Source: Octopus bimaculoides
Taxonomy: Eukaryota
Direction: 5' to 3'
Assembly (NCBI RefSeq): GCF_001194135.2
Contig: NC_068998.1
Location: 6,433,661-6,467,693, forward strand
Length of the DNA: 34,033 bases
Shown here one piece after another: positions 33,633-34,033 of the stretch. Made by a program: the position numbers and the translations under genes. The notes below the pieces were generated by a model. The model saw only the letters and a program-made list of their open reading frames with translations. It had not been told where the DNA came from and made no database searches. Numbering within the stretch: position 1 is the first letter of the stretch; each line of letters begins with the position of its first letter.

Positions 33633-33843
33633 TTTCATTTCAAATTTCGGCACAAGCCAGCAGTTTTGGAGGCGGGGTAGGTCGAGTGCATTGAGACCAG
33701 AGTCCATCTGTTATTTTATCGACTCCGAAAGGATGAAAAATAAAGCCGACCTCGGCGCAATTTGAACTTAGGACGTAAAGGCGGGTGAAATGGCACTAAA
33801 TATTTTGTCTGGTGTGCTAACGACGCTGCCAGCTCACTATCTT
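33633..33843 (-). mobile_element. SINE family A, diverged full-length copy abutting (AAT/GAT)n
   Basis: ggcacaagccagcagttttggagg...ttttatcgactccgaaaggatgaaa...gccgacctcggcgcaatttgaactt...gctaacgacgctgccagctcactatctt then aataatgatgat. Confidence 0.88.
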
Positions 33844-33874
33844 AATAATGATGATGATGATGATGATGATGATG

Positions 33875-33965
<91 letters not shown>

Positions 33966-33990
33966 TGATAATAATAATAATAATAATAAG
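33844..33990. repeat. (GAT)n/(AAT)n microsatellite
   Basis: Directly visible. Confidence 0.97.
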
Positions 33991-34033
33991 CTGACAAATA
34001 CAAACAAGAAATCAATCTACCTAACAAATACGA

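Noticed and set aside
1-34033. CRISPR array, rRNA, operon or other prokaryotic system
   Set aside because: No repeat-spacer structure or gene-dense coding; the sequence is typical repeat-rich animal non-coding DNA.

Overview
Animal genomic DNA from a gapped short-read scaffold: 14 N-gaps total about 6.6 kb and nearly all are flanked by microsatellites. The SINE families and extreme microsatellite density look like an octopus or other coleoid cephalopod genome (recognised from memory, not searched). No intact protein-coding gene, tRNA gene, rRNA gene or CRISPR array can be supported, and almost all long ORFs in the track are microsatellite or N-gap artefacts. The window is intronic or intergenic DNA layered with dead mobile elements. 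These include five Tc1/mariner transposase relics from at least three lineages (cecropia/Hsmar1-like 5737-6503; irritans-like 3' end with TIR 24397-24684; internally deleted 17593-17880; two WPxRSPDL/DUF4817-type pieces), three fragments of RLE-endonuclease non-LTR retrotransposons (R4/Dong-like), and a Penelope-like RT split by an 834-bp hAT-type non-autonomous element. There is also a 231-bp TIR MITE and more than a dozen copies of at least two tRNA-derived SINE families that share a central core. Structure not explained by these features: a diverged 193-bp tandem duplication, a degenerate ~13-bp array, a dispersed composite minisatellite, a CCAAT/GC-box island with a consensus splice donor, and a few weak candidate exons. 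I found no evidence of a new functional system; the best leads concern mobile-element biology.
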